Assembly: GCA_973895155.1 (NCBI GenBank)
Contig: OZ316895.1
Span: 22,518,558 to 22,582,557 of the forward strand
Direction of reading: 5' to 3'
Length of the DNA stretch: 64,000 nucleotides
Source: Marsupella aquatica
Lineage: Eukaryota; Plantae; Marchantiophyta
The position numbers and the translations under genes are program-made. Positions 37,988-49,920 of the stretch are shown here, piece by piece (position 1 is the first letter of the stretch; each line of letters opens with the position of its first letter). A model generated the notes under the pieces. The model did no database searches, had not been told where the DNA came from, and saw only the letters and a program-made list of their open reading frames with translations.

Positions 37988-39372
37988 GTAACTCCCCAAG
38001 TGAAATAGGAATATATCTGAGACCATGCAGTTATCACAAACATTGTTTATGTAGGCGAATCTTTCATGGGGTTTTGCACAAGTAAAATAGGAATATTCCC
38101 ATTTCTATGCAGGGATCACAAACATGTTCTTTCAAGCTTTTTCGTTGGTTTTACAGTTTGCATAGTTTCTCCAAGCACTGCACTTAGCTAGAGCAAACCC
38201 TCTGGTGGTAAACACTTTTAGTACAGGAGCCACACCAGGCATGTTTATACCATTTTGCAGTCAGGATATCCAAAGATGTCGTACACATGTATTCTTTATT
38301 TAATTATGAAGTACATTTCACTTGCTTATTCCTTCGAGATGCAAGTTCAGGCAGCTATACATGATTGGTGTAGGTATTACTCCACCCAGTTTCAAACTAA
38401 TGGAAATACACTTAAATGCATTTAGTGATAAGGATCTGCACAGGCCAAGGTGGTGCGAAGAGGTCGTCATAGAAACATGGTCCCTTGAATTGCCAGGACT
38501 TTGCCCTCTTTCGATCTTAAAGAGATTCTGTTAAAACTTTGAACAAATTATTTTGTCTCTGAGTCTGGGTACAAGCTGATTTGCTCCGTAGTTGAAAAAG
38601 GGATTGGCCTCAAAAGAAATATTTTAATCTGCACATTTTTATTATGATGGCATCCTTTCTACCCTCCCCAACTTGTCTCACCTCCGTCGTACCCGAAAAT
38701 CCCAGCGAGTAATGAAATACGATTGCAATGTGTGCGGGTTGAATTAATCAATTACAGTAGTTTTTCAAGAATTAGGTGATGTCTAGGGGTGCTAGATCAT
38801 CCTCGAGCATTCATAATAGACGGAGTGTTGGTTTTGTTCTGGCTGTCATTGACTGGATACCGTAGCATCACCAGGAGTACATTGTCACGAATAGGTCGCT
38901 CTTTGTCTACAATGCCCAGATTTTTCAGGAGTGCCTCTGCTCTTCTCTTTTTCTTGAGCTCCTGCTCTTGGGTTTCCTGCTACATTTCCCAGTACAGATA
39001 ATGCTATGATAATTGCATACTCAGTATCAGCGTCACTGTGTCTCGTATATGGGATCCAAGCAAATGACTACTGTTATTTGGAGTTAAGCCGAGAAACAAT
39101 GACTTGAGGAATGGATAAGCGGACCGAGTTATGTTAATCCACAAGCCAGGAATCAATGGATCTAATGAAGACTTCACCTGAACGGAAGCCTTGAAGAAAG
39201 TGGAAGCCTGAAAAGATTTCTTCATAGGCATCCAGCAACAATTGCACATTTATGAACAATGAAAGCTCTAAAAAGAGATCTCCATTGTTTCCCAACTGCA
39301 CAAATCGGAATTGCGAGCTGATTTTGGCGTCAGCAGTTGAAGATTTGAAAGCTCGAGCGAAATCAAGGCAAA

Positions 39373-42255
39373 TTAGAAACCTGCACCACCGACCCGCTCA
39401 CCGACAGTACTACCAACAGATGGGCCACCAGCTCGCCACTGGTATAAATGTTCAATGGCAACACCCTGTAATTTTCGAGGAATGATGCCCAAATCCTTCA
39501 ATGTGAGCGCTGCAATCCAACGTAACCACCGTTAGCTACAATTGCTAAGGGTTCGGTTCTCAAAGCCATGTACAGAAGAGTGGAAGGTGTCAGATTCTTG
39601 GATGACGGAATTGATGTTGTAACGAGCCCAGAAAGTTACAAATTTCATTTGTAGCGAGACAACTATAACCAGAAAACAGTTTTAATTGTCTGCAAAAGGG
39701 AACGGGCATTGCACAAGCCGTGTCAACATTGCACTCACCATCTGGAGACACGACGTAGTCAACTTGCATTGCCTCCACATTATTGAGAGAAAATGTTACC
39801 AATTTGGGTGTTGGGAAACTGAACCTTTTTGCAATTTGGTCAGGAGCAGCTAACAACTGCACCAAGAGACATTCAAAGTACAGTTATTAAAAATGATCCA
39901 CTCTAACGACAGGAGCCTTCCTACCGTAGAAGAGCATAATCAAATGGTCGATGTCAAACATTTCTTTGGTATATTCTGACTCCAGACTTATCGTTACTAC
40001 ACGTGTAAGGCTAGGCAGTGATAAGATAAGCTACTTCACCTTGGCAATTGGGAAGGGGATGTGGATGGTTCGGGGTTCCTCTCTAGTGGCTTCGCACACT
40101 AACTCAACCTGCAAAGATTGGAATTGCATTGCTGGATTAGTACATTACTTGTACTGCGGACAAGTTAGGGACAGATGACTATATAAATGTATCTAGAAAA
40201 ATTCAGCACGGATGCCAACCTGTCTAAACACAACACAGAGATACGTCGTTAAAACCAGACGTTGACAAAAACAGTCACTAGAGACGTGAAACTTTCGATA
40301 CGTAATAGCCATCCATCACTCCGGGCTGATTAATAACAAGGTGAGCTATTCCCTATTGATACCAAATAACATCGTTACTTCCTATTGGAAGGACCTGGAT
40401 ATGTTGCAGCTTTACGATTGATTTCTTACAAGGTCATTGACGGTATAAACATCTGGGCCACCTAGCTCATAAGTCTTCCCCATGCTGCTGCCATCGTCTT
40501 TTACAGACGCCACAATTGCTGCAGCAACATCTGTCACATGAACTGGCTGCATCCTGAGAGTAGAACAGATGAGTCAAAATAGCGACTGGAATAGAACAAT
40601 CAATCAGTGCAGACAAATCACAAAGTTGAAAGTACATATCCACTTTGCTGTTTCAAAGTGTTCATAGCATACTTGTTAGTTCCATCACCAATTATAGGCA
40701 CGGCCGGCGCCTTCTTGGCCCATAAAGCCCATCTGTTGAGAAGCCGGTCTTCCGTACCCACCAATTGGGCAGGCCTCAATATTGTTGCCTGCAGGAAAGG
40801 AAATCGACTTATAAATCTTGAGAAAATCTAAATTTAAAAAATGAGCTCACGATTCCAAAATCAGACAAATCAATAGTTAAGAAAATATAGATAAGCACCT
40901 CAGGAAAATTCTTCTTGGTGACCTCCTCTCCTGCACCCTTAGTTTTGTATTGAAGAGCTGGATTTCCAGGTGATGCACCAAGGGCTGAAACCTGTATATA
41001 CCGACCGACATCCCCATGCTCCCGAGCTAACTGCATCATCCAGAAACCCAGAGTGTAACGGTAATGTTCGTGTTATGAGGACGAAGGGGGTACTCTCGGA
41101 AGCTCTGACTAGTTGATCGAGGCTTAATTATTGTTCCTAGCAATTCTGTAATTGCTCACTAAAAAACAGATTGCTGCGTCAAAAACAAAATAAGCCAGTG
41201 TAGTACCCGTGATATCCGATTCGCCACGGCAACATTCAGCTCCTCAAAGCGAAAATTGTGGGTCTCAAAGTCCCTCCCTGTGCAATTCATTGCCAGATAA
41301 AATTGAGACTGGATCAAATCTCTAAAGTGCCATCATATGGTCCAGTAAACTTATTAAATGAAACATGGAATCGAGTTGACGGATGGGATATCATGGTTAA
41401 GCACCAGCGTACCGATCAGATTGATAACAACATTGGACCTGGCCATAGTTGCCTTTATGGACTCCTCATCACGTATATCATATTTCATTGGCACAACCTG
41501 ACTTTCCAACACAGGGATAACCGTCGTAAGGAGTAAGCCTGACAACTAGACATCCTTCACCTAGCGACCTCCACAAATAAAGACTGTCAAGCAATTAACC
41601 ACTGAGATGACCAACCATGAATTCAAGTACCTGTCCCAAGTCTCCCATAAGTTTGAGGTGTTTAAAATCGTCCTCTAACCCTCTGTAGGGTACAAATACT
41701 TGAGAACCCATTCGTGCTGCAAAACCATTACGGAAGACAGTGACCAGTTTGTTCTTGTCAATCGCATCGTCACAAATTATGATGAAAATAACATACGCAT
41801 TGATTCTTAGGGTGAAATTGTCGCAGAAAGTAAACAGTGGACCTCTTCAACAGATTTGAAGATTCGTTATAGTTAGGTCTGAACTCAAACTATTATCCGG
41901 AATAGTGTTCCCAGCAACCATCAAAGTACCCAGTAGAAAACCCGGTTAGGGAAAGAGGTGTGCTTTACCCAGCTGTTGAACAACATAACGACCCAAGAAT
42001 CCCGTCGCTCCATAAACTGTCGCAACATACCCACTGCACATTTGCCAGAAAAAAGACCGGCGAGCATAGCCCAGAATGCTGTCACTAATTTCTGGAATCA
42101 GAAAGTTGGCGGATGAGAAAACCATTTAGAATCATAACGTTTTCCGGATCTGGATTCAGACTAAATGAATACCTTACTGACGATCTGCCCCCAGTTCCCT
42201 TCCGGCTTGGGGCCACTAGCGTCGAGGAACATCGAACCAAGCCCTTGCGGATCAT
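39373..42255 (-). CDS. NDUFA9: Mitochondrial complex I 39-kDa subunit (NDUFA9, SDR fold), at least 11 exons
   Basis: Exons 42255-42173, 42033-41969, 41716-41631, 41497-41413, 41277-41207, 41030-40899, 40788-40673, about 40553-40430, 40108-40040, 39856-39739, 39509-39373. Motifs RKGTGGRSSVSG, TVYGATGFLGRYVVQQL, HLKLMGDLGQVVPM, SNVVINLIGRDFETHNF, GTEDRLLN, QPVHVTDVAAAI, DDGSSMGKTYELGGP, ending GSTVGERVGGAGF*. The start may extend to the ATG at 42469. Confidence 0.94.
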
Positions 42256-42879
42256 TTTGTTCAGGCCCCACTTCAGCCACAATCCCCAAGGAAAGCAAAT
42301 GTTGACAATTCAGTGTGCGTCCGTCCGCAGGGACAGTATCCGCAGGGTAGAAAGACGGATCACAGAGTAATGGAGGGTGACCGAGTAGGAATGGGGAACC
42401 CCTCAAGCAGCGAGTTGCGCTCTGGAGCTACAGAGGCATATGTACTCCGATCGCACTAGACCTCCTCATTTCCTCTACTCCCACTGTCTCGGTCACTGCC
42501 TGTAGCTCTGCCTCCTCGATTTCGAAGGTGAACCTGCGCACGTCTTGCCCGTCCTCCTTCGGTCACAATACCACCTCTTTCTCTTCTACATAATATCAAT
42601 CAATCAGTACAGAACCCGGCCGTTGATCGATCAACTCCGTGCTTCTATGCAGATACCACCAAACGAAGGAATTTCTCGACTCTCAACCTACCAAATAGAA
42701 ATTCTGGGGTACTGCAAAATACTTATCCAAAATGAGTCTCGTCTAGCTGTGGAACGGTCTCGATGGGCGGAGCAAGGAGGACACAAAAATAGTACCAAAG
42801 TATTGTAATTCCTTTGGAAATGGTACTGTAATTCCTTTGGAAATGGACAGCTATTGGACTGCACCATGAATACTCCAAG

Positions 42880-45800
42880 TGTGAGAGTATGAATGGAATG
42901 AATGATGTATAGTCTGTGGTGGTTGGTACATATAGTGGTGTCGGTCCGATGGTTGATCGAGTCGTCCGGTCGCCAGGTAGAGTCTAACACTCCCCTTTGG
43001 ATATATAGTGACAACTATGTAGACAACATAGACTATACTTATTATATCATGTTCATAGAAAATACATGATATAAATACAAGCGAGGTAGACTGCCTTTTT
43101 AAAAAACCTTTATCAACTCTAGCTTAGTAAAAACTCTACCAGTGTAGCAGAGAAAAAATATGAGTGCTAAAGGAAAAAGAGTGCAACCTAACAGTCCTCG
43201 TCGTAATAAATGTCAGTATTAAATAAAGTCAGATGTTATAGTAAATCTAGCTTTAATATTTGTCTCAACGGTAGGTCGTCAGCATCATGTCATCAGTAGC
43301 ATCAATCGTCATGTGGAGTAGCAGCCTCCACGGTCATCATGCGTTGCACGCTCCGCAGTCCAATCGCCTGGCAGTGTCGATGGTGAACTGATGGTGATAG
43401 TGATTTGGTGAAGAGATCCGCACAGTTGTCTGCACTTGAAATCTGCAAAATGTTGATCTCTTTTCCATGCAATTCGTGGGTGTAGAAAAACTTTGGAGCT
43501 ATATGCTTCACGCGATCGCCTTTGATGAATCCTTTCGTGATCTGCTATATACATGCTGCATTATCCTCAAAAATGTTAGTAGGCTTCGTTAGTGGTGATA
43601 GGCCGCATTTGGTGTTGATGTGGTTTATAAAGGATCGTAACCAAACGGCTTCACGACTAGCCTCATGTAGAGCTAAGATTTCTGAGTGGTTCGATGAGGT
43701 TGTTGTTAGGGTCTGTTTCACGCTTTTCCAAGAAAAAGCGGTACCCCCTATGGTAAAAACATATCCGGTTTGGGATTTTGCGGTATCAGTGTCGGAGAGA
43801 TATCCGGCATCCACATATCCTATGAGCTCGTGGTTTGCACCGAATGGGTAGAATAACCCGGTATCGGTGGTTCCACGTAGATATCTAAATACGTGCTTAA
43901 CTCCATTCCAGTGTCTGGCTGTGGGGGTTGCACTATGTCTAGTTAGTAAGTTAACTGCAAATGCAATGTCTGGTCGTGTCTGATTTGCTAGATACATTAA
44001 TGCTCCTATTGCAGAAAGATACGGAGTTTCTGGTCCTAATAGTGGTTCATGTTCTTCGCGTTTGCAAAAAACATCAGTATTGTTTTCTAATGAACGTACA
44101 ACCATTGGTGACGTCAATGGGTGTGCTAGGTTCATATTGAACTGTTTTAGGATCTTTTCAGTTTGTGTGGTTTGATGGAGCATCATGCCAGTAGGTAAGA
44201 TCTCCAATTGTAATCCTAAGCAAAAGTTTGTATGTCCAAGATCTTTCATCTCAAATGTTGATTTAAGACTAGTAATAGTATCTTCTGTAATTTGGGGTGT
44301 CCCAAATATATTTAAGTCATCAACATAAATAGAAACGATGACATATTCGTCATCCACATGTTTAATAAATAAACATGGTGTAATGGCATCATGGGTAAAA
44401 CCCATGGTAATCATTTCATCAGTAAATCGTTGACACCATACTCTGCCACTTTGTTTCAGGCCATATAATGCCTTCAACACGCGGATAGCTAGTCCGCGGT
44501 GAGTATTCCGTACGGTTGACACAGCGGTGTCGTTATTATGAGTTACATGTGTAGATGACACATGAGGTGTAACTTGAGATAATTGTTTTATAATCTTATG
44601 TAAATATGGAATATGCGATTTAGCGCCTTGAGCTAAAGCTCGGCGACGTTGTTCCAATTCGGGAGGTGGTCGCATGTATAGACAAGTGTCTAAAGTTCCA
44701 TATAGATATGCGGTTGCAACATCCAGTTGTCGCATTTGTAGTTTATGGAAAATGGCAAATCCGATAAGGTATCGGAATGTTGTGCTATCCATAACCGATG
44801 AGTAAGTTTCATCGTAATGAATTCCCGATTGTTGTGTAAATCCTTTCCCTACCAGACGTGCTTTATAGCGTACAACTTGGCCTTTATCATTTCTTTTGCG
44901 GACAAATGTCCACTTGTAGCCAATTAGGTGTACGTCTTGCGGTGTTGGCTCGACTGGGCCAAAAGTGTGTCTGTTGAGTAGGGAATCTAATTCTCCATTT
45001 ATAGCTTTTTGCCATTCAAGCCAGTCTGGTCTGTTTTGGCATTCTAAGATAGATATTGGTTCGGGTGTATCATAAGTGATATGTGTTGCCACCATTAATG
45101 CAAAAGCATCATCTATTGAAATAGTATTTCTATCCCACATCGTACCGGTGTGTGCGTAGTGGATAGAAATCTCTTCATGAGTTATGGATTCGGTATGATC
45201 GACATCAGGTGAAGGTGGTATAGATGAACCGCGCCTTCTTGGTTGTTTATCCTTTGATCCCAAGGGTCTGCCACGTTTGGCACGAGGCTGGGATGTATTT
45301 GCTGGCTCACTTGATAATTCGATGCGAGCAGATGCTCTCGCAGTTGGAATATGTGAGCGGGTAACTTGTGATGTATCGACAAAAGCGTCTGGAAGTTCTT
45401 CCACAATCTTGTGGAGTTGCAAAATTCGCTGAACTTCTTTCTCCCCTTGATTGGTTCGAAGGTCTTGCCAAAATGGCGAATGTCTTTCCCACTCCAAAGG
45501 TGGTTGTGGGTGTTTAGGGGTTATTAATGATGGATAAACGTGTTCATCAAAATGGCAATCTAGGAATCTAGATTTAAAGACGTCGCCAGCTGTAGGCTCC
45601 ATATATCGGATTATGGACGGAGAGTCGAATCCGATGTATATCCCCAACTGTCGTTGGGGTCCCATCTTGGTTCGTTTAGGTGGAGTAATGGGGACCATTA
45701 CTTGATATCCAAATGAACGAAGGTGGGATAAGTCAGGTTTTATACCATTAGCAATTTGGTATGGGCTATAGGTATTAAAAGCCGATGGGCGGTATTGAAT

Positions 45801-48800
45801 TAATGCATTAGCCTGTAATATGGCGTGTCCCCATGCTGAGACTGGGAGTTTCGACTGCATTAGTAGTGGGCGTGCGATTAACTGAAGGCGTTTAATGACC
45901 GCTTCAGCTAATCCATTCTGAAAATGCACGTGGGGTACAGGATATTGTACGTCTATGCCAAGTGATGTGCAAAAGTTGTCAAATGTTTCGGATGTGAATT
46001 CCCCTGCATTGTCCACCCTGAGTGTCTTAATGGGGTGATCTGGGAATTGTGCTTTCACGCGCAAGATTTGCGCCAAAATGCGAGGCATAACCATGTTCCT
46101 TGTTGAAAGCAAGGTCACATTTGACCATTTAGTGGATGCGTCGATTAATACCATAAAGTAGCGGAAAGGTTCGCTTGGTGGGTTAATTGGCCCGCAAACA
46201 TCTGCATGGATTATTTCCAAGAATTGGGGTATTTTAGTTGGCAATTTTGATGCCGTGGGCCTTATTATTAGTTTGCCGCATGAGCATGCAGTGCATGGGG
46301 TGCTCGCTGGAATGTGGCGTGTATTGATTGGAATGCCTCTTGAATTCTTAATGATTTTGGTTAGCATTGATTGGCCGGGGTGGCCGAGGCGTGCATGCCA
46401 AAGCGCATGCAATTCGCTTGTGTTGGCATTGTTATGCAGACATTCAATATGAGTTACATAAAACCCGCAGGGGTATGAGAAAAGGATTTCTTTAATGATT
46501 TTCCCCGTATGGGTATTTTCAACCAAGTGTATCACTTCCTGATCTCTGGTATCGCCCGTCTGGACATGTAGTCCGTTCGCTCGTATATCTCTAAAACTGA
46601 GGAGATTACGGGTTGCGTTTGGGGCGAAAATAGCAGATTCTATGTGGATAGCTGTACCCTGCGGGAGTCTAATGGAAGCTGGGCCAAAGCCCTCTTCTAT
46701 TTGGCTAGGGCCATTGATAGTGGTTAGGGATCGACGTGAGGGTGTAATCTTGTGGAAAAGGTGCCTATCCCTGAGGATAGTATGCGTGGTCGCACTGTCG
46801 ATAATACATGTGCTTGGACTATTTAAATCTGGTGTAGTGGAGCTACTTGCCACTAAGTGTGCCTCGGGTTGGGCAGGTAGGTCTGAAAAGTCTTGGAATG
46901 GGTCACTAGACTCCATAAATGCCCCGTGGGTTTCACGGGGTGGTGGCCTAGAGGTTTGTCCATCCTGGATGGACCGTTGGTATAGATCTCTAAGGTGTTG
47001 CGAGATTCTACAGTTTCTCGCTAGGTGGTTTGTCATGCCACATTCATGGCATTTCGGTCGTTCCCGTTGTTGTCGGGATTGTGACCAATTGTTTCTACGG
47101 TTGTTGTTATATGTTCTACCACCGCTGCGTCCTCCGCGTCCGCCATGTCCTTCTCATCCACCACGTCCTCTAAAGGTTCGTTGGGAGTTATAATGTGGAT
47201 GTTGGTTATAGAAACTCCCCCTGTTGTGGGTGTTTCTCCGGTTGCTATTCTTAGTGCGTTTAATGCCTTGCCTCGATGTGGAGGGTTCATCATTTTCTAT
47301 GTTATGGGTTTCATTCTGTTGTCCTGAGGGCATTGTGCCCGCAGGTCGTTTTCTAGAGTTTACGAAAAGAAGTTCTTGGTTTCTTTCGGTGACTAGGAGG
47401 TGGGCTATGAGCTCGGAGTATTGCCCGAACTTCATGTTTCGATACTGTGTTGATAGCCACACATTCGATGAATGAAATGTTGACAAGGTCTTCTCTAGCA
47501 GATCCTTGTCTGTGACCGGCTCGCCACATAGTGCGAGGGTTGATGTTATTCTAAAGAGTTTGCTATTGTAGGCTGAAATAGAGGTAAAGTCCTGGACTCG
47601 TAGGTTTAGCCAGTCTTGCCTGGCTTTAGGCAGTTCGACCAGTTTTTGGTGGTTGAATCGGGTTTGGAGCGCTATCCAAAGTTCACGGGGGGTTGAGAGG
47701 TGCATGTATTGTCTTTGTAGGAATCTATGGATATAGCGTCTAAGGAATACGAGAGCCTTAGATTCGTTGGCTTTAGTTAACGGGTCTGGTTGGGGTTTGC
47801 CAGCTAGTATAGGTTGAGCCATCCCTATAGCTGGGAGTAAGGTTAGCGAGGTTAGGTTTTCTTTTAGGTTCATGGACCATTCTAGGTAGTTGCCGCCATC
47901 TATTTCTAGGGCGGGGAAGGTGAGTTTCTCAAGGTTGGCCATCTCTAAGGTCCTGGTGTGCAGCGGTGGTGTGGGTGTTGATATAATATATATGTAGTCA
48001 AAAGACAATGCACATATGCCGCATGCAATGGTGGAGAAAGGGTTGAGGAGAGCAATCTAAGTCGTGGGCGAGTAAAGCAAGAATGATTGGGTTTTTGCGG
48101 AATTTAGGTTTTGCACTTAGTAAGTTGGTTTTCTTTGTAAATGTATAACTGCATTCTCTTCTTTGTATTTTAGGATTCCTTTGTATTTTGGTGCAGTTAT
48201 CCGGTTGTGCAATTAGGGTTGCAGTTATGTGTTTTAGTGCTCTTCTTCCTTTGTTATTTCGAGTTCCATTGGAAATGAGTTGCGCTTAGGGATGGATTGG
48301 CAGTTAGGTAATTTATCTCGTGGGGCTATGGTGCCCCTCTCGATCTGGTTTGCCTTCACGATTTCCTTCAATGTCTTGGCTATGGCCGATTGCTTGGTTC
48401 TTCTCGCCCTTCCTCGATTTTCCCTCTCGTCCTCCTTCGATGGCGTTCTTGGGCACTTCTTTCTTCCTTCTTTGGTCCAAGCTAATCAGTGCGCGAGCTA
48501 TCGTTCAACATCGGGCATTCATCACCCCTATCCGCTTTGATTTTCTAAGAAGGTCTTATGGTCGATTTGTGTCTCAACTTTTGTTTCTTCGTTTGCCTTC
48601 GCTGCTGTTCTTCTCGAATCTAGGCTGTTTTATCTCGGGATCGTGAAATTGCAATCCTTCGATCAGAAAGGGGGCATTTTCTGCTTCAACATCGGGCTCC
48701 CTCGCTCCCTATCTCCTTCAATTTCTTTATCCTCTCGAAAGAGTCTTCGCCTCCTTGTTTTGCTGCTGTGTTCTCAAAAGCACAATCGCAGGCGTAGGGG

Positions 48801-49316
48801 CAGAGCGGTGTGCCACCAGCTTTCTGCTTATTCCATTTCAATTCATCCTCCCCATAAACTGTCAATTCGTCCGCAGTCTTCTTCCGACGTTTGCTCAAAC
48901 CAGGCTCTGCTTCTGACGATGAATTTCCATCAATCCTTATCGATGTGTTTCTTCGATCCTTATGAACTTTTCAGTTTCTGCTTGACTCTTTGGTTTTCTT
49001 CTCGATTCTCTATTCGGAATTCTCTTCAAGTCCTTATGAATTCTGTGTTTTTCTGCCCTCGACTCTCTGATCTTGGATCCAATGTCTTTGTGCTCCTTAG
49101 ATTTTAAAGTCGTCCTCTCGATCCCCCATAAAAAAATTTCAATCTTCCCTGGTCTTCTCCTTTCTATCTCGCTCCGCTGGCTGAGTCCTCGTGCTGATAA
49201 CGTGTGAGAGTATGAATGGAATGAATCATGTATAGTCTATGGTGGTTGGTACATATAGTGGTGTCGGTCCGGTGACTGGTTGATCCGGTCGTCTGGTCAC
49301 CAGGTAGAGTCTAACA
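42880..49316 (-). mobile_element. Full-length Ty1/copia LTR retrotransposon, Bianca-like lineage
   Basis: Short LTRs at 49203-49316 (5') and 42880-42989 (3'), TG...CA. TSD CCAAG at 42875-42879 and 49317-49321. PPT (AAAGGGGAG on minus) abuts 42990; PBS CGTTATCAGCACGA at 49202-49189. Domain order gag-PR-INT-RT-RH. Confidence 0.96.
43302..47942 (-). pseudogene. Copia gag-pol polyprotein in one frame, interrupted by two nonsense codons (TGA 47154-47156, TAG 43545-43547)
   Basis: Gag MANLEKLTFPALEIDGGNYLEW; zinc knuckle CHECGMTNHLARNC; protease IIDSATTH; WHARLGHPG; integrase IHADVCGP/RVDNAGEF/NGLAE; RT YKARLVGKGF, LYGLKQSG, YVDDL; RNase H YVDAGY, SSNHSE, EDNAACI, KGDRVKHI, ADLFTKSL. The three ORF pieces share one frame. 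Confidence 0.93.
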
Positions 49317-49339
49317 CCAAGTGAGTTTTTCTTTGTATT

Positions 49340-49920
49340 TAGAATGAAGCTTGCTCTATGGTGAAAACACCTTTCATATTTTGTGCTTAGTATTTTTATT
49401 TTAATGTGCCTTAACTAGGTGAATCATTTGTATTAATTTGATTGAATTAACTTTTGTACCCCTTTTAATTTTAGTGAACTTAGAGTATTTTGAATGTATT
49501 TGGCTCCCCTCATAAATGTTCAATCTTTCCTTTTCAATGGATCACTCCTTAGTGAATTATCATTTTTCTCATGAGAGTGAGAGAAATGAGTTTGAACAAT
49601 GTGCACATTGGTGTACTAAATTCTCCTCATGGATTCTTTTACAAAATTTATGGTTTTAATAGAGTTGATTGTCATTACCTAGAAGCAAGTGAAAATATGT
49701 ACTATATGAGCACAACTCTTTAGTACCTTTATACTTTCTTGGTCACAATGTGCTTTTCTATGCATGTGTACTTCACTCATTCTTAATTACCAGATATTAA
49801 TTTCTGAGCACTTTACATGTATCTAGCTACTTCTTTTATTATAAAATAAATCAATGAATTACATATCACTACAAAACCAAAAGAAAAGCATGTTCTAGGA
49901 TGAACATGCTATATCCCAGT
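49340..49920 (+). repeat. Dispersed repeat family A, copy 3
   Basis: Matches copies 1 and 2. Terminal hairpin AGCATGTTC-taggat-GAACATGCT at 49887-49910, then atatcCCAGt. Confidence 0.8.

Noticed and set aside
43540-43550. Programmed stop readthrough at TAG-CAG-ATC
   Set aside because: Does not match the CARYYA readthrough context and lies within the RNase H core; a nonsense mutation is simpler.
48280-49107. Plus-strand ORFs in the Bianca leader as an antisense gene
   Set aside because: F/L/S-rich products arising from pyrimidine bias, non-ATG starts and no motif.
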